Below are positions 30,188 to 40,263 of a stretch of 64,000 nucleotides of DNA, piece after piece. This DNA comes from Acidobacteriota bacterium. Its GTDB lineage: Bacteria; Acidobacteriota; UBA6911. Within the stretch, counting starts at the first letter, position 1, and every line of letters begins with the position of its first letter. Made by a program: the position numbers and the translations under genes. Below the pieces are notes generated by a model. That model searched no databases and had not been told where the DNA came from. It worked only from the letters and a program-made list of their open reading frames with translations. The stretch is taken from contig JAAYAM010000077.1 in the NCBI GenBank assembly GCA_012719355.1, positions 25,383 through 89,382 of the forward strand. Reading direction: 5' to 3'.

Positions 30188-30189
30188 AA

Positions 30190-30522
30190 CTACTCCTTCA
30201 GAGTTCGAAGGAATGCAACGACGTCGGCGAGTTCCTGATCGGTGAGCTTGACCGGCGGCATCTTGCCCTTCCCTTCAACTATCCCTTTCTTCAAGGATGC
30301 GTCATCCTGTGACTGCACGGCTTTGGAGCCGAGGCGCCGCATCTCTACTCCATACACCTTTGCGATGGCCTCTCTCCCCTCCCCCGAGTTGCCGTGACAC
30401 ACCGCGCAGCGGCTGAAAACTTCCTTTCCCTTTGTCGGATTCCCTTTTTGAGCCACCGAAAGCGAAGTCAACACAACCAGAATCACGGCTGCGGTCACAA
30501 GTACGTTTCGAAATCCCATCAA
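30190..30522 (-). CDS. class I c-type cytochrome (periplasmic)
   Basis: Signal peptide, single CAVCHG haem-binding motif, distal Met in KMPP. Confidence 0.75.
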   Translation of the reverse strand: MMGFRNVLVTAAVILVVLTSLSVAQKGNPTKGKEVFSRCAVCHGNSGEGREAIAKVYGVEMRRLGSKAVQSQDDASLKKGIVEGKGKMPPVKLTDQELADVVAFLRTLKE

Positions 30523-30592
30523 TCGTTCCTCCAGCAGAAAGGTTCCTCTTATTTGATCGATAAGTCCATTCCCTTATGAGCTTTGTGCATGC

Positions 30593-30620
30593 TTGCTAGT
30601 TTCGGTGCATTCCCTATAAT
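30593..30620 (+). promoter_or_regulatory. near-consensus sigma70 promoter (TTGCTA-N16-TATAAT) for the RpoH-like sigma gene
   Basis: ttgcta 30593-30598, 16-nt spacer, tataat 30615-30620. The predicted TSS at about 30627-30628 coincides with ATG 30628. Confidence 0.4.
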
Positions 30621-30627
30621 GATCTTT

Positions 30628-31587
30628 ATGGTTAAGCCCGATGACGCTCTCATTTCTGAACAGGCGATTTCTCCGGAAGAGCCCGTTGAAGAGATGGAAC
30701 TGCCTCCGAGAGAATCGACCGAGATAACCAGGTACGATCCTCTACGTCGTTACCTGGCCGAAATTTCCAGGTTCTCGCCCCTAAGCCGGGATGAAGAGCA
30801 CAGACTTGCGCTGCATTACCACGCGACCGGAGACCGGGAAGCCGCCTACAAGCTCGTGACGGCCAATCTTAAACTGGTCGTCAAGATCGCGATGATTTAC
30901 CGGAAGGTCTATCGTAATCTGCTCGACCTGATACAGGAAGGAAATCTCGGGCTTCTGCAGGCGGTCAAGCGCTTCGACCCCTTTCGGGGAACCAGGCTTC
31001 CCACATATGCGGCATGGTGGATCAAAGCTTACATATTGAAGTTTCTGCTCGATAACTCCCGGATGGTAAGAATCGGGACGACAAATGCCCGGCGCAAAAT
31101 CCTGATGAATCTCAATCGCGAAAAGCGCGAGCTTGAAGCCAAAGGAATCGTTCCGACCTCGAAGCTTCTCGCCGAAAATCTGGGGGTGGACGAACAGGAA
31201 CTGCGTGATGTGGAGCAGGGGATGACCGGATCGGACATCTCACTCGACGCGCCCGTCGGCAACAATGACGGGGATGTGCGCTACATAGATACGCTGCGAT
31301 TGATGGAGCAGAGCGTCGATGAAAAAATCGCGCACGGGGAATTCCGGGAGTTGCTGGAGAAGCGGTTTGCTGATTTCTCGGAAACCCTTTCCACACGGGA
31401 AAAAGACATTCTGACGAAACGGCTCATAGCGGATGACCCGGAGACGCTCCAGCAGATCGCCGACCGCTACAGCATCTCCCGGGAAGCAGTACGGGTGGCG
31501 GAGAAAAAGCTGATCGCCAAATTGAAGGAATACATGATCGAGTCATTCGGCGACGTGCGGGAAATAGAGTTTCACCTCAAAGGCTGA
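30628..31587 (+). CDS. sigma-70 family RNA polymerase sigma factor, RpoH-like (group 3)
   Basis: Regions 1.2/2.1-2.4 (YLAEISRFSPLSRDEE, LIQEGNLGLLQAVKRFDP), an RpoH-box-like ARRKILMNLNREK, and region 4 (LQQIADRYSISREAVRVAEKKLIAKL). Alternative start at ATG 30694 if the mRNA is not leaderless. Confidence 0.75.
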   Translation: MVKPDDALISEQAISPEEPVEEMELPPRESTEITRYDPLRRYLAEISRFSPLSRDEEHRLALHYHATGDREAAYKLVTANLKLVVKIAMIYRKVYRNLLDLIQEGNLGLLQAVKRFDPFRGTRLPTYAAWWIKAYILKFLLDNSRMVRIGTTNARRKILMNLNREKRELEAKGIVPTSKLLAENLGVDEQELRDVEQGMTGSDISLDAPVGNNDGDVRYIDTLRLMEQSVDEKIAHGEFRELLEKRFADFSETLSTREKDILTKRLIADDPETLQQIADRYSISREAVRVAEKKLIAKLKEYMIESFGDVREIEFHLKG

Positions 31588-31631
31588 TAAAACCTGCCAC
31601 GACAGCCCTATCGGACGATAATCATCCGCGG

Positions 31632-32390
31632 TTACTCTTTGGGAGACGAGGTGGTGTCGTACTTTATCGTGGCTTCGGCCCCGAACTTCTTGTAATTCTC
31701 GTATGTAATCGTCTCCTCGACCCGTATGTCACCGGAGGAAAACTCAAGGACGCTGTCCGCGTGGGTCCAGACGGGAAACCAGTACTTGTCATCAATCATC
31801 TGGCGGATGGTTTCGAATTCCGGGAACTTCGAATCCCTCGTCTGGGGCACCGGCTTCCCTTTGGTTCGCACGACCTGCAGGTCGATGTCATCCACCCATA
31901 TCTTGCCTTCGAAATACATCCGGCCGCCCCTGGTGTTTTTCGGCTTGACTGAGAACACATAACAATCGAGTTCGTCCACCATCTCCTTCCCCTCGTACTT
32001 CAGATTGTAGAGAGGAAGATCATTCTCAGTCAGGGCGAACGGATTGATGTTGTTGATGACCTCCTTGTCTTCTTCCGTGAACTGAACCGAATCGAGTCTG
32101 CCGCTGCTGCGCAGGGTTCGGACCTCCCGCGTCCCGTCATCGTTGAACACGATTTCAGAGACGATGGTCAATCGTTCCCGCCGCGGCATGCCGTCGACCG
32201 ACCGGACCCGTATCGAGGCAGTCTGGGTATAGGTGTACTGCCTCCACGCCTCGTAAAACTCTGTCTCTTTTTGCGAAAACTTCCGAATTATCTCGTCAGG
32301 ATCCACCTTCCTTGATGCGTTTTGCGACAGCAAAGCAGGGGCGGCGCCTGCAATCAGCAGAAAAATGGCGAGTAGCCTTCCATATCGCAC
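31632..32390 (-). CDS. secreted hypothetical protein, LolA-like / lipoprotein-sorting-fold candidate
   Basis: Signal peptide; beta-rich sequence pattern. Family assignment is by general resemblance only. Confidence 0.45.
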   Translation of the reverse strand: MRYGRLLAIFLLIAGAAPALLSQNASRKVDPDEIIRKFSQKETEFYEAWRQYTYTQTASIRVRSVDGMPRRERLTIVSEIVFNDDGTREVRTLRSSGRLDSVQFTEEDKEVINNINPFALTENDLPLYNLKYEGKEMVDELDCYVFSVKPKNTRGGRMYFEGKIWVDDIDLQVVRTKGKPVPQTRDSKFPEFETIRQMIDDKYWFPVWTHADSVLEFSSGDIRVEETITYENYKKFGAEATIKYDTTSSPKE

Positions 32391-32548
32391 TTTCTCTTCT
32401 CCTCAGGTGTTATTGATGGCAATACCAGGAAATTCTCTCATTTCCGTCAGGAAATGCAAACCGGCGTTTCCCCTCCATCGCACAAAGAACTGGTCGAACA
32501 AATGTAACTATCTTACAGTAATCCTTTCAACCCACGGCGAAGCGGGCG

Positions 32549-33271
32549 GTGATGGATTCAGACAACATCAGTATCATACTTCTGGGGACGAAGCATCCGG
32601 GCAACATCGGGTCGACCGCACGGGCCATGTTCAACATGGGCCTAAGCGGGCTCGTTCTCGCGGCTCCCCGATGTTCAATCAACGAAGAAGCATTCAGGAT
32701 GGCCAAGAGCGGCAAAGTCATTCTTGAATCGGCCACGGTATGCGACTCGGTGCAAAGCGCGCTGAAGGACATCTCGTTTCTGGCCGGGACGACATCCAAG
32801 AGCGGCGGCTATCGCGCAGTGGCACACACCCCCCGGTCTCTCGTCCAGCGCATTCTCGATCATGCACGTCGGCAGAAGGTCGGGATTCTGTTCGGACCCG
32901 AAGACACAGGGCTGGTAGACGAGCACCTGCAACTTTGCAATCTGCTCCTGCGCATTCCCACGCAGCGCAAAAGGGGGAGCATCAATCTAGCCCAGGCCGT
33001 GATGATTATCTGTTACGAACTCTTTCTCGGCAGTCTGGACAGGGAACCTTCGAAAACGATCCGGCTCGCTCCGATGGAGCAGACGGAAGCGATGTATGCT
33101 CAACTCGAGCGGGCGCTGCTCGATATCGGATTTCTCACGCCGCAGAATGCCGGACACATGATGATACGGCTGCGGAATCTGTTCGGCAGGGCCGGTTTGC
33201 AGTCCTCGGACGTCGGGATACTGCGGGGAATTGCGAGACAGATTGCCTGGTTCGGCAAGTCGCGCAAGTAG
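32549..33271 (+). CDS. trmJ: SpoU/TrmH-class tRNA 2'-O-methyltransferase (TrmJ-like)
   Basis: SIILLGTKHPGNIGSTARAM and SPOUT-knot motifs (GILFGPEDTGL, NLAQAVMIICYEL). Confidence 0.65.
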   Translation: MMDSDNISIILLGTKHPGNIGSTARAMFNMGLSGLVLAAPRCSINEEAFRMAKSGKVILESATVCDSVQSALKDISFLAGTTSKSGGYRAVAHTPRSLVQRILDHARRQKVGILFGPEDTGLVDEHLQLCNLLLRIPTQRKRGSINLAQAVMIICYELFLGSLDREPSKTIRLAPMEQTEAMYAQLERALLDIGFLTPQNAGHMMIRLRNLFGRAGLQSSDVGILRGIARQIAWFGKSRK

Positions 33272-33280
33272 CCTGAATTC

Positions 33281-33964
33281 TCACCTGATCTCGAGCTGGT
33301 GCGGAGGAAAACGGAAACCGGGCTGTGTTCCGGCACCTTTCCAGGGAACTCCGAAATGGTCGAGGAGCAGCCTGTCGGGCGCACTCTGAAGTCTGCCGTT
33401 GACATCTTTGTACTGGAAAAGCGAGTGCCGGAGTATGCTGCCCGAAAGAAGGCCTCCGGCTCGTTCGAACGTGTAGACTCCCTCGAATGTTCCGATCTCT
33501 TTTCCGGAGGAGTCGAGGACGGGGAGACCGAGCAGCGAGTCTTCGGGAAGGAATTTCAGCAGTGAACTCGACAGCGGCAGCAGCGCCTTTTCATTCTTCA
33601 CGATAAAGACCCTGTCATACGGCAGTGCGTGGGCAGACAGGGATCTGCCGGCCAGAGACAGCAGTTCCTCTTCGGGAACCCGGTATTCCTGGCCTATCCG
33701 CCTGATCTGGCCGTTGATGTCGACCCAGTCGACTCGATTATTGGCATAGTTCAAACACTTTTCGATCTGTTGCCAATGCGCCATTTTCGCCTTCCCCCTT
33801 GTTTTCAGCTTGCAGGGGAACTGCTCAGAGGCTTTCTGGTACGCCGACAGCACGACCGCATCGATCTTTTCCCTGAGATCGTCCGGGTAGGTCTGGCACA
33901 ACGCGGCGGCCGACATGGCCATAATCGAACACATGAGTGCGAAGTATCTGAATGACTTTTTCAT
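33281..33964 (-). CDS. secreted hypothetical protein
   Basis: Signal peptide (MAMSAAALCQT). No recognisable domain. Last gene of the STAS/HEAT/hypothetical operon. Confidence 0.5.
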   Translation of the reverse strand: MKKSFRYFALMCSIMAMSAAALCQTYPDDLREKIDAVVLSAYQKASEQFPCKLKTRGKAKMAHWQQIEKCLNYANNRVDWVDINGQIRRIGQEYRVPEEELLSLAGRSLSAHALPYDRVFIVKNEKALLPLSSSLLKFLPEDSLLGLPVLDSSGKEIGTFEGVYTFERAGGLLSGSILRHSLFQYKDVNGRLQSAPDRLLLDHFGVPWKGAGTQPGFRFPPHQLEIR

Positions 33965-34818
33965 CTGATTTTACCGTTGCCTGATAGTTTTCGTATCGCC
34001 GTATCGGCGGAAGCGGCCACGCCGGGGTCGACGTCGCGACTCAGTGGCTTCAGGTCTTTGATATTGGTGGCATCTCCCAGGAGAGCGACGGCGGTGGTTG
34101 CACTCTGGCGAACCCCGGGGTCGCGGTCTTTCAGACCCTTGATGATAGCGGGGAGCGCCGCAGCCGCGTCAAGACTCGCGAGCCCTTCGATCGCTGCGAT
34201 CCGGACCTCCGGAGCGGGATCGGAAATGCAGTTCATCAGGGCTTTGACAGCCGCCTCGCTCCTGGCATGAACCAGGACCGCAATGCTCTTTTCACGCTCT
34301 TCGAGAGTGGAGTCTCCGGCAAGCGCCTCGAGCGCCTGCTCGGGCGTTTCAATCGGTTTCCCTCTTTTCGTGATCGCGCCGGTTCCCAGATACACTATGC
34401 CGGGCTGAGCGATTGCGGCGGTGCGGGAGAACACCCGAACCATCTTTATCCGGTCGCCGTGCGGCTCCTCGTCGTACACAAACATGGTATCGTTGCCCGA
34501 AGTCACCCTTTCGACAGCTTCCTGCAGGGAGACGCGGTTGAGATGAATCGACACCGGAGGATTGCTCTGGGTCCTGACTTCGAAAATGACGCCCGTCCGC
34601 TCCGCCAGTTCCAGGAGAACGCTGTGAAGAGGGCTGTTGGTGATGTCCGCGGTGATGGTGCCGTCTTCGACGCGTATATGCTGCACCGCAGGTTTCGCGG
34701 GCTGCTGCTGTGCCGGCCGGGAGGCGGGGATGTCAGGCTTACGGGACCTCTGGGCGCCTGCTTCCGGGCACGCGGCGAGCAGCGCCACAGCCAGAAGAAA
34801 TGCCGCCGGTCTATTCAT
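33961..34818 (-). CDS. secreted HEAT/PBS-lyase repeat protein
   Basis: C-terminal HEAT-like repeats (PEVRIAAIEGLASLD, DPGVRQSATTAVALLGD). Signal peptide from internal Met MNRPAAFLLAVALLAA. Confidence 0.6.
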   Translation of the reverse strand: MNRPAAFLLAVALLAACPEAGAQRSRKPDIPASRPAQQQPAKPAVQHIRVEDGTITADITNSPLHSVLLELAERTGVIFEVRTQSNPPVSIHLNRVSLQEAVERVTSGNDTMFVYDEEPHGDRIKMVRVFSRTAAIAQPGIVYLGTGAITKRGKPIETPEQALEALAGDSTLEEREKSIAVLVHARSEAAVKALMNCISDPAPEVRIAAIEGLASLDAAAALPAIIKGLKDRDPGVRQSATTAVALLGDATNIKDLKPLSRDVDPGVAASADTAIRKLSGNGKIR

Positions 34819-35146
34819 CTGATTCGGGCTCCGCTTCACTGCTGATCGCCATGAATTGATCGAACCGGTACATTGAGAACAGATCGCGCAGCTTCTGATT
34901 CGGATTGAGCAACGTCAGTTCTCCTCCCCGCTCCTTGAGGCGCTTGAAGAGCTTGAGGACCTCGCCCACTCCCGAACTGTCGATAAAAGGGACGTCTTTG
35001 AAATCTATCGCAATCCTGAGCGCTCCTTCATCGAGCAGCAGGTTCAGCCGGGTCTGGAGCACGGGACAGTACTCGAAAGTCACTTTTCCCTTTATTCTCA
35101 CTATGTGACGTTCGTCTCGAGATTCGACTTGGATATCCATCGCCAT
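34811..35146 (-). CDS. STAS-domain anti-sigma-factor antagonist (SpoIIAA-like)
   Basis: 111 aa; FIDSSGVGEVL with the conserved Ser. No partner kinase or phosphatase in the window. Confidence 0.75.
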   Translation of the reverse strand: MAMDIQVESRDERHIVRIKGKVTFEYCPVLQTRLNLLLDEGALRIAIDFKDVPFIDSSGVGEVLKLFKRLKERGGELTLLNPNQKLRDLFSMYRFDQFMAISSEAEPESDE

Positions 35147-35201
35147 TTAGGCCAGAATACTGTCATATTTTAACCCCGGGAGCAAGCGCCTGATAGGTCC
35201 T

Positions 35202-35573
35202 ATGCCGTCACGATTCGTGGTACATCAACACAGGGCCGGCAGATCACATTATGATCTGCGGATCGTCCAGGATGGGGTTCTGCGATCGTGGTCGTTGCTG
35301 AAAGAACCTCCCCTCCGTAAGGGTGAGAGAAGGTTGGCTATCGAAAGAGAGAATTTCCCGGTGGAATCGATCGGCGACAGGGTCTTCGAAGAACAGGCGT
35401 TCGGCAGGGGGAGCGTCTCGGCCTGGGACGAAGGGAGCGTGGAGTTCGATCTGGTTTCCGAAAGAACGGTCATTCTCCGGCTGACGGGAAGGAGGATGTC
35501 GGGGAAATACGAGTTTCGCAGAATGCATTGGTATCCAGGCAACCGATGGATCCTGACGAAGACTTCGGGGTAA
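35202..35573 (+). CDS. standalone DNA ligase D 3'-phosphoesterase (LigD-PE) domain protein
   Basis: FVVHQHRAGRSHYDLRI...LRSWSLLKEPP matches the LigD N-terminal phosphoesterase signature (FV.QKH.A.RLHYDFRLE). 123 aa. No ligase, polymerase or Ku nearby. Confidence 0.65.
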   Translation: MPSRFVVHQHRAGRSHYDLRIVQDGVLRSWSLLKEPPLRKGERRLAIERENFPVESIGDRVFEEQAFGRGSVSAWDEGSVEFDLVSERTVILRLTGRRMSGKYEFRRMHWYPGNRWILTKTSG

Positions 35574-35596
35574 GGATCCAAAGGAGTTAAATTGGC

Positions 35597-35624
35597 TTGA
35601 CAGAATACCCCTATCCATTAGAAC
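35597..35624 (+). promoter_or_regulatory. weak candidate promoter upstream of TPR-like paralog 2 (TTGACA-N16-TAGAAC)
   Basis: Consensus -35 but a poor -10 (lacks the invariant last T). Low confidence. Confidence 0.2.
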
Positions 35625-35720
35625 CTTTAGCCAAAACTGGTTCGTTGGATTTCGTTTCCGAAATTGTTGGTCGGAAGCTTTCCGGAATGTCATTCACGTA
35701 TGTTTTCAGGAGTAATACCT

Positions 35721-36791
35721 ATGACGCGTAACGCTCAAAAGCAGATCTTGAGAATTGTTGGACTTGCGACTACGATCTTCGTTTTGAGTGGAGCTCTCTT
35801 GGCGCAGGAGATCTCGCCGCTTTCCGACTATCAATACAAGAGAGACTATGCCCAGTACGAAGAGATCAAGAAAATAGGGGATGCGCAGAAGAGAGCCGAT
35901 GCAATCATCGCATTTCTCAAAGAGCATCCCATCAACAGGATTCTGGCCTATGCGGCAGCGGACTACATGAATGTAGTCAGACAGCAGACCGATGCGGCCA
36001 AAGCGCTCAAAATGGCGGAGACGCTCTGGGCTCTCGTTCCGACGAACGAAAGTATCGATGCAGCCAAGCTTCCTGCGGGCGTCGATGAATTCAAAAAGGA
36101 ACACATCGCTCCAACCCAGAAGCTGGTCCTCGCATTTTTCACCGATGCATACATCAAGGAGAAGAATTATCCAAAAGCCGTCGAATCGGCAGAGAAGCTT
36201 TATGCGCTCTCTCCGGACAAGGCGCTGCTGCCTGTCATTGCCGGCCTCTACTTCGACTTGAAGAACACCGACAAATACCTGTCGTACGGGCAGAAGATCC
36301 TTGCACAGTTCCCGATCGAGCAGCCCCAGGGATTCAGCACGGCAATCCAGATGGCCCAAGTCTACATCGAAAAGCAGGACATCAATGCTGCGATTGGACT
36401 GTACAACAAGGTGATGGCGGTATATGGAGACAAGGTGCCGCCAAACGTCCAGGAGGCCCAGTGGAACGCGACACGGGCGTTTGCGTATGGCCTGATGGCT
36501 TCGACCGTCTATTCCCAGAAGGATTACACGAAAGCTCAGCAGCTCTTCGAAAGAGTCATCAAATTCGATTCGAAAAGGGACGATGCTTACTACTACATCG
36601 CCATGTGCAAATGGCAGAACAATGATCAGGCCGGCGCGATCGAGCCGCTGGCAAAAACCGTGGTCTTGAACAAACAGTTTGCCGCGAAGGCACAGCCGCA
36701 CCTCGAGAATCTCTATAAGGCACAGAACAACAATTCTCTGGACGGGCTGGATAAAGTGCTTGCACAGGCAAAGGCTGACCTCGGCATCTAA
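35721..36791 (+). CDS. secreted TPR-like repeat protein, unknown function (paralog of 14757-15752)
   Basis: Signal peptide VGLATTIFVLSGALLAQE; start at the internal ATG with aggag upstream. Sequence similarity to the 14757 protein along the whole length. Confidence 0.6.
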   Translation: MTRNAQKQILRIVGLATTIFVLSGALLAQEISPLSDYQYKRDYAQYEEIKKIGDAQKRADAIIAFLKEHPINRILAYAAADYMNVVRQQTDAAKALKMAETLWALVPTNESIDAAKLPAGVDEFKKEHIAPTQKLVLAFFTDAYIKEKNYPKAVESAEKLYALSPDKALLPVIAGLYFDLKNTDKYLSYGQKILAQFPIEQPQGFSTAIQMAQVYIEKQDINAAIGLYNKVMAVYGDKVPPNVQEAQWNATRAFAYGLMASTVYSQKDYTKAQQLFERVIKFDSKRDDAYYYIAMCKWQNNDQAGAIEPLAKTVVLNKQFAAKAQPHLENLYKAQNNNSLDGLDKVLAQAKADLGI

Positions 36792-36800
36792 ACGCAACGT

Positions 36801-36825
36801 CGGCGCGGGCGCGACAGACGCCCGC
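36801..36825 (+). terminator. hairpin downstream of TPR-like paralog 2 (possible terminator or attenuator upstream of rho)
   Basis: GCGGGCG-cgacaga-CGCCCGC stem-loop, with no following T-tract. Confidence 0.3.
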
Positions 36826-36975
36826 GTCTCCTTGCATCTGTCGCCTCCTCGAGACATTCTCCTCAAAAGATGCTGGTAATTCCTTGTGCGCGGGTGTAGA
36901 TTGATTTTCTCCAGTGCTTAGTAAACCACACTGACACTTGCACCGGCGCAGAGATCATCCCAAAATAGGAGTAAC

Positions 36976-38313
<1,338 letters not shown>

Positions 38314-38327
38314 CCTCTTTCCTCTCC

Positions 38328-38378
38328 GGCCGCAGATTGCACAGAATGTAATTTGTGTAATCTGCGGCCTCCTTTTTA
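38328..38378 (+). terminator. canonical Rho-independent terminator of rho
   Basis: GGCCGCAGATT-(20 nt loop)-AATCTGCGGCC perfect 11-bp stem, followed by tccttttta. Confidence 0.7.
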
Positions 38379-38397
38379 TAGTATTGTTGTTTCCATT

Positions 38398-39375
38398 GTG
38401 GAAACAGGCACTTACGTAAGCGAAATCAGCGAGAAGGTACAGGCGGAAAGCGACCTTGTCGGGCGGCTTACCGGCGAGATTCATCGCGTCATTGTGGGCC
38501 AGAGACACATCGTTGAGCGCCTGCTCATCGGACTGCTCACAAGGGGACACATACTGCTTGAAGGGGTCCCGGGGCTGGCCAAAACACTTGCGGTGAGGAC
38601 GCTGGCAGCCACGGTTGACGTGACGTTCCAGCGGATCCAGTTCACTCCCGACCTCCTTCCAGCCGACATCGTCGGCACCATGATCTACAACCAGAAGGAC
38701 GGAACCTTTACCGCGAGGAAAGGGCCGATCTTCGCCAACCTCATTCTGGCCGATGAAATCAACAGGGCGCCGGCAAAGGTCCAGAGTGCTCTCCTCGAAG
38801 CGATGCAGGAAAGAGAGGTCACCATTGGCGAATGCACGTATCGCCTGGACGATCCTTTTCTGGTCCTTGCCACCCAGAATCCGATTGAGCACGAAGGGAC
38901 CTATCCTCTGCCTGAAGCCCAGGTCGACCGGTTTATGCTCAAACTTAGAATCGAATACCCGGGACCCGAGGAAGAGCGACGCATACTTGACCTGATGTCG
39001 CACGACGATCCGGTCGAGGTCGCCAGGGTTGCAGGACCGCAGGATATACTCAGGCTGCGCGAATTGGTCAAAGAGATCTATATGGACGAGAGGATAAAGG
39101 ACTATATTGTTCATCTCGTCCATGCCACTCGCAAGCCCGATCTCGGGGCGCTTATCCAGTTCGGCGCCTCTCCAAGGGCAACCATCTACCTTGCGCAGGC
39201 CGCGAGGGCACACGCGTTTATCAAAGGCAGGGGCTATGTGACTCCCGAGGATATCAAGGCCGTGGGTTTCGATGTGCTACGGCACAGGATACTTCTGACT
39301 TATGAGGCCCAGGCCGAGGAAGTGACCGCCGAATCGGTGATTGCAGGAATTTTCGACACGGTGCAGGTCCCATAA
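38398..39375 (+). CDS. moxR: MoxR-family AAA+ ATPase
   Basis: VIVGQRHIVERLLIGLLTRGHILLEGVPGLAKT (Walker A), DEINRAPAKVQSALLEAMQE (Walker B / sensor). The ORF-track TTG start at 38353 lies inside the rho terminator stem, so the start is placed at the first in-frame GTG after the T-tract. Confidence 0.8.
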   Translation: METGTYVSEISEKVQAESDLVGRLTGEIHRVIVGQRHIVERLLIGLLTRGHILLEGVPGLAKTLAVRTLAATVDVTFQRIQFTPDLLPADIVGTMIYNQKDGTFTARKGPIFANLILADEINRAPAKVQSALLEAMQEREVTIGECTYRLDDPFLVLATQNPIEHEGTYPLPEAQVDRFMLKLRIEYPGPEEERRILDLMSHDDPVEVARVAGPQDILRLRELVKEIYMDERIKDYIVHLVHATRKPDLGALIQFGASPRATIYLAQAARAHAFIKGRGYVTPEDIKAVGFDVLRHRILLTYEAQAEEVTAESVIAGIFDTVQVP

Positions 39376-39384
39376 CCAGATGAT

Positions 39385-40263
39385 ATGCTCCCCAGAGAAG
39401 TCGTCCGGAAGATAAGACGAATCCAGATCACCACCAACAGGGTCGTGAATGAATCGCTGGCCGGCAACTACCACTCGGTGTTCAAAGGCCGGGGGATGGA
39501 GTTCGACGAAGTCAGGGAATACCAGGCCGGCGACGACATCCGGACAATCGACTGGAATGTGACCTCGCGCGCCGGGCGTCTCTTCGTGAAACGATATGTT
39601 GAGGAACGCGAACTGACGGTGATGCTGCTGATCGACGTCAGTGCATCAACCCACTTCGGCTCTGTCGAGAAAAGCAAATCGGAAGTTGCCGCCGAGATCG
39701 CGGCCCTGATCGCCTTTTCCGCAATAAAGAACAATGACAGGATAGGAGCAATCCTGTTCACGGACCGTACCGAGAAATTCATCCCGCCCAGGCGTGGCAG
39801 CACTCACGCCCTCAGAGTCATCAGGGAAGTGCTCTACCAGGAGCCGGGCCATTGCGCCACCAGCATCAGGAAAGCAATCGAGCACCTGAACCTGCTGGTG
39901 CGCAAACGCGCAGTCGTGTTTCTCATTTCGGACCTGCTGGACCAGGGATTTGAAAAAACCCTCAAGGCAGCCAACCGCAGACACGACATTGTCGTCATCC
40001 AGATCATTGACCGACGGGAATCCGAGCTGCCTGACGTGGGTATCGTGGAACTCCGCGACTCCGAAACAGGAGAGATCACGTGCATCGACACTTCCCTTCG
40101 CGGTGTCAGAGAGGTCGTTCGGAAGAACTGGGCCCGTAATCAGGCACGTCTTTCAAGACTCTTTGACTCAAGTCGGATCGACCATATCACGATCGAAACC
40201 GACAAGCCTTACGATGTCCCGCTCGTACGCTTCTTTATGCAGCGCGCCGGAAAAGCCAGATGA
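39385..40263 (+). CDS. DUF58-family protein (vWA-like, MoxR partner)
   Basis: GMEFDEVREYQAGDDIRTIDWNVTSR is the DUF58 hallmark. ATGA overlap with the next gene. Confidence 0.8.
   Translation: MLPREVVRKIRRIQITTNRVVNESLAGNYHSVFKGRGMEFDEVREYQAGDDIRTIDWNVTSRAGRLFVKRYVEERELTVMLLIDVSASTHFGSVEKSKSEVAAEIAALIAFSAIKNNDRIGAILFTDRTEKFIPPRRGSTHALRVIREVLYQEPGHCATSIRKAIEHLNLLVRKRAVVFLISDLLDQGFEKTLKAANRRHDIVVIQIIDRRESELPDVGIVELRDSETGEITCIDTSLRGVREVVRKNWARNQARLSRLFDSSRIDHITIETDKPYDVPLVRFFMQRAGKAR

Noticed and set aside
38353-38397. ORF-track TTG start of moxR at 38353
   Set aside because: It lies inside the stem of the rho terminator hairpin (38328-38369) and upstream of its T-tract. The start was moved to the first in-frame GTG after the terminator.
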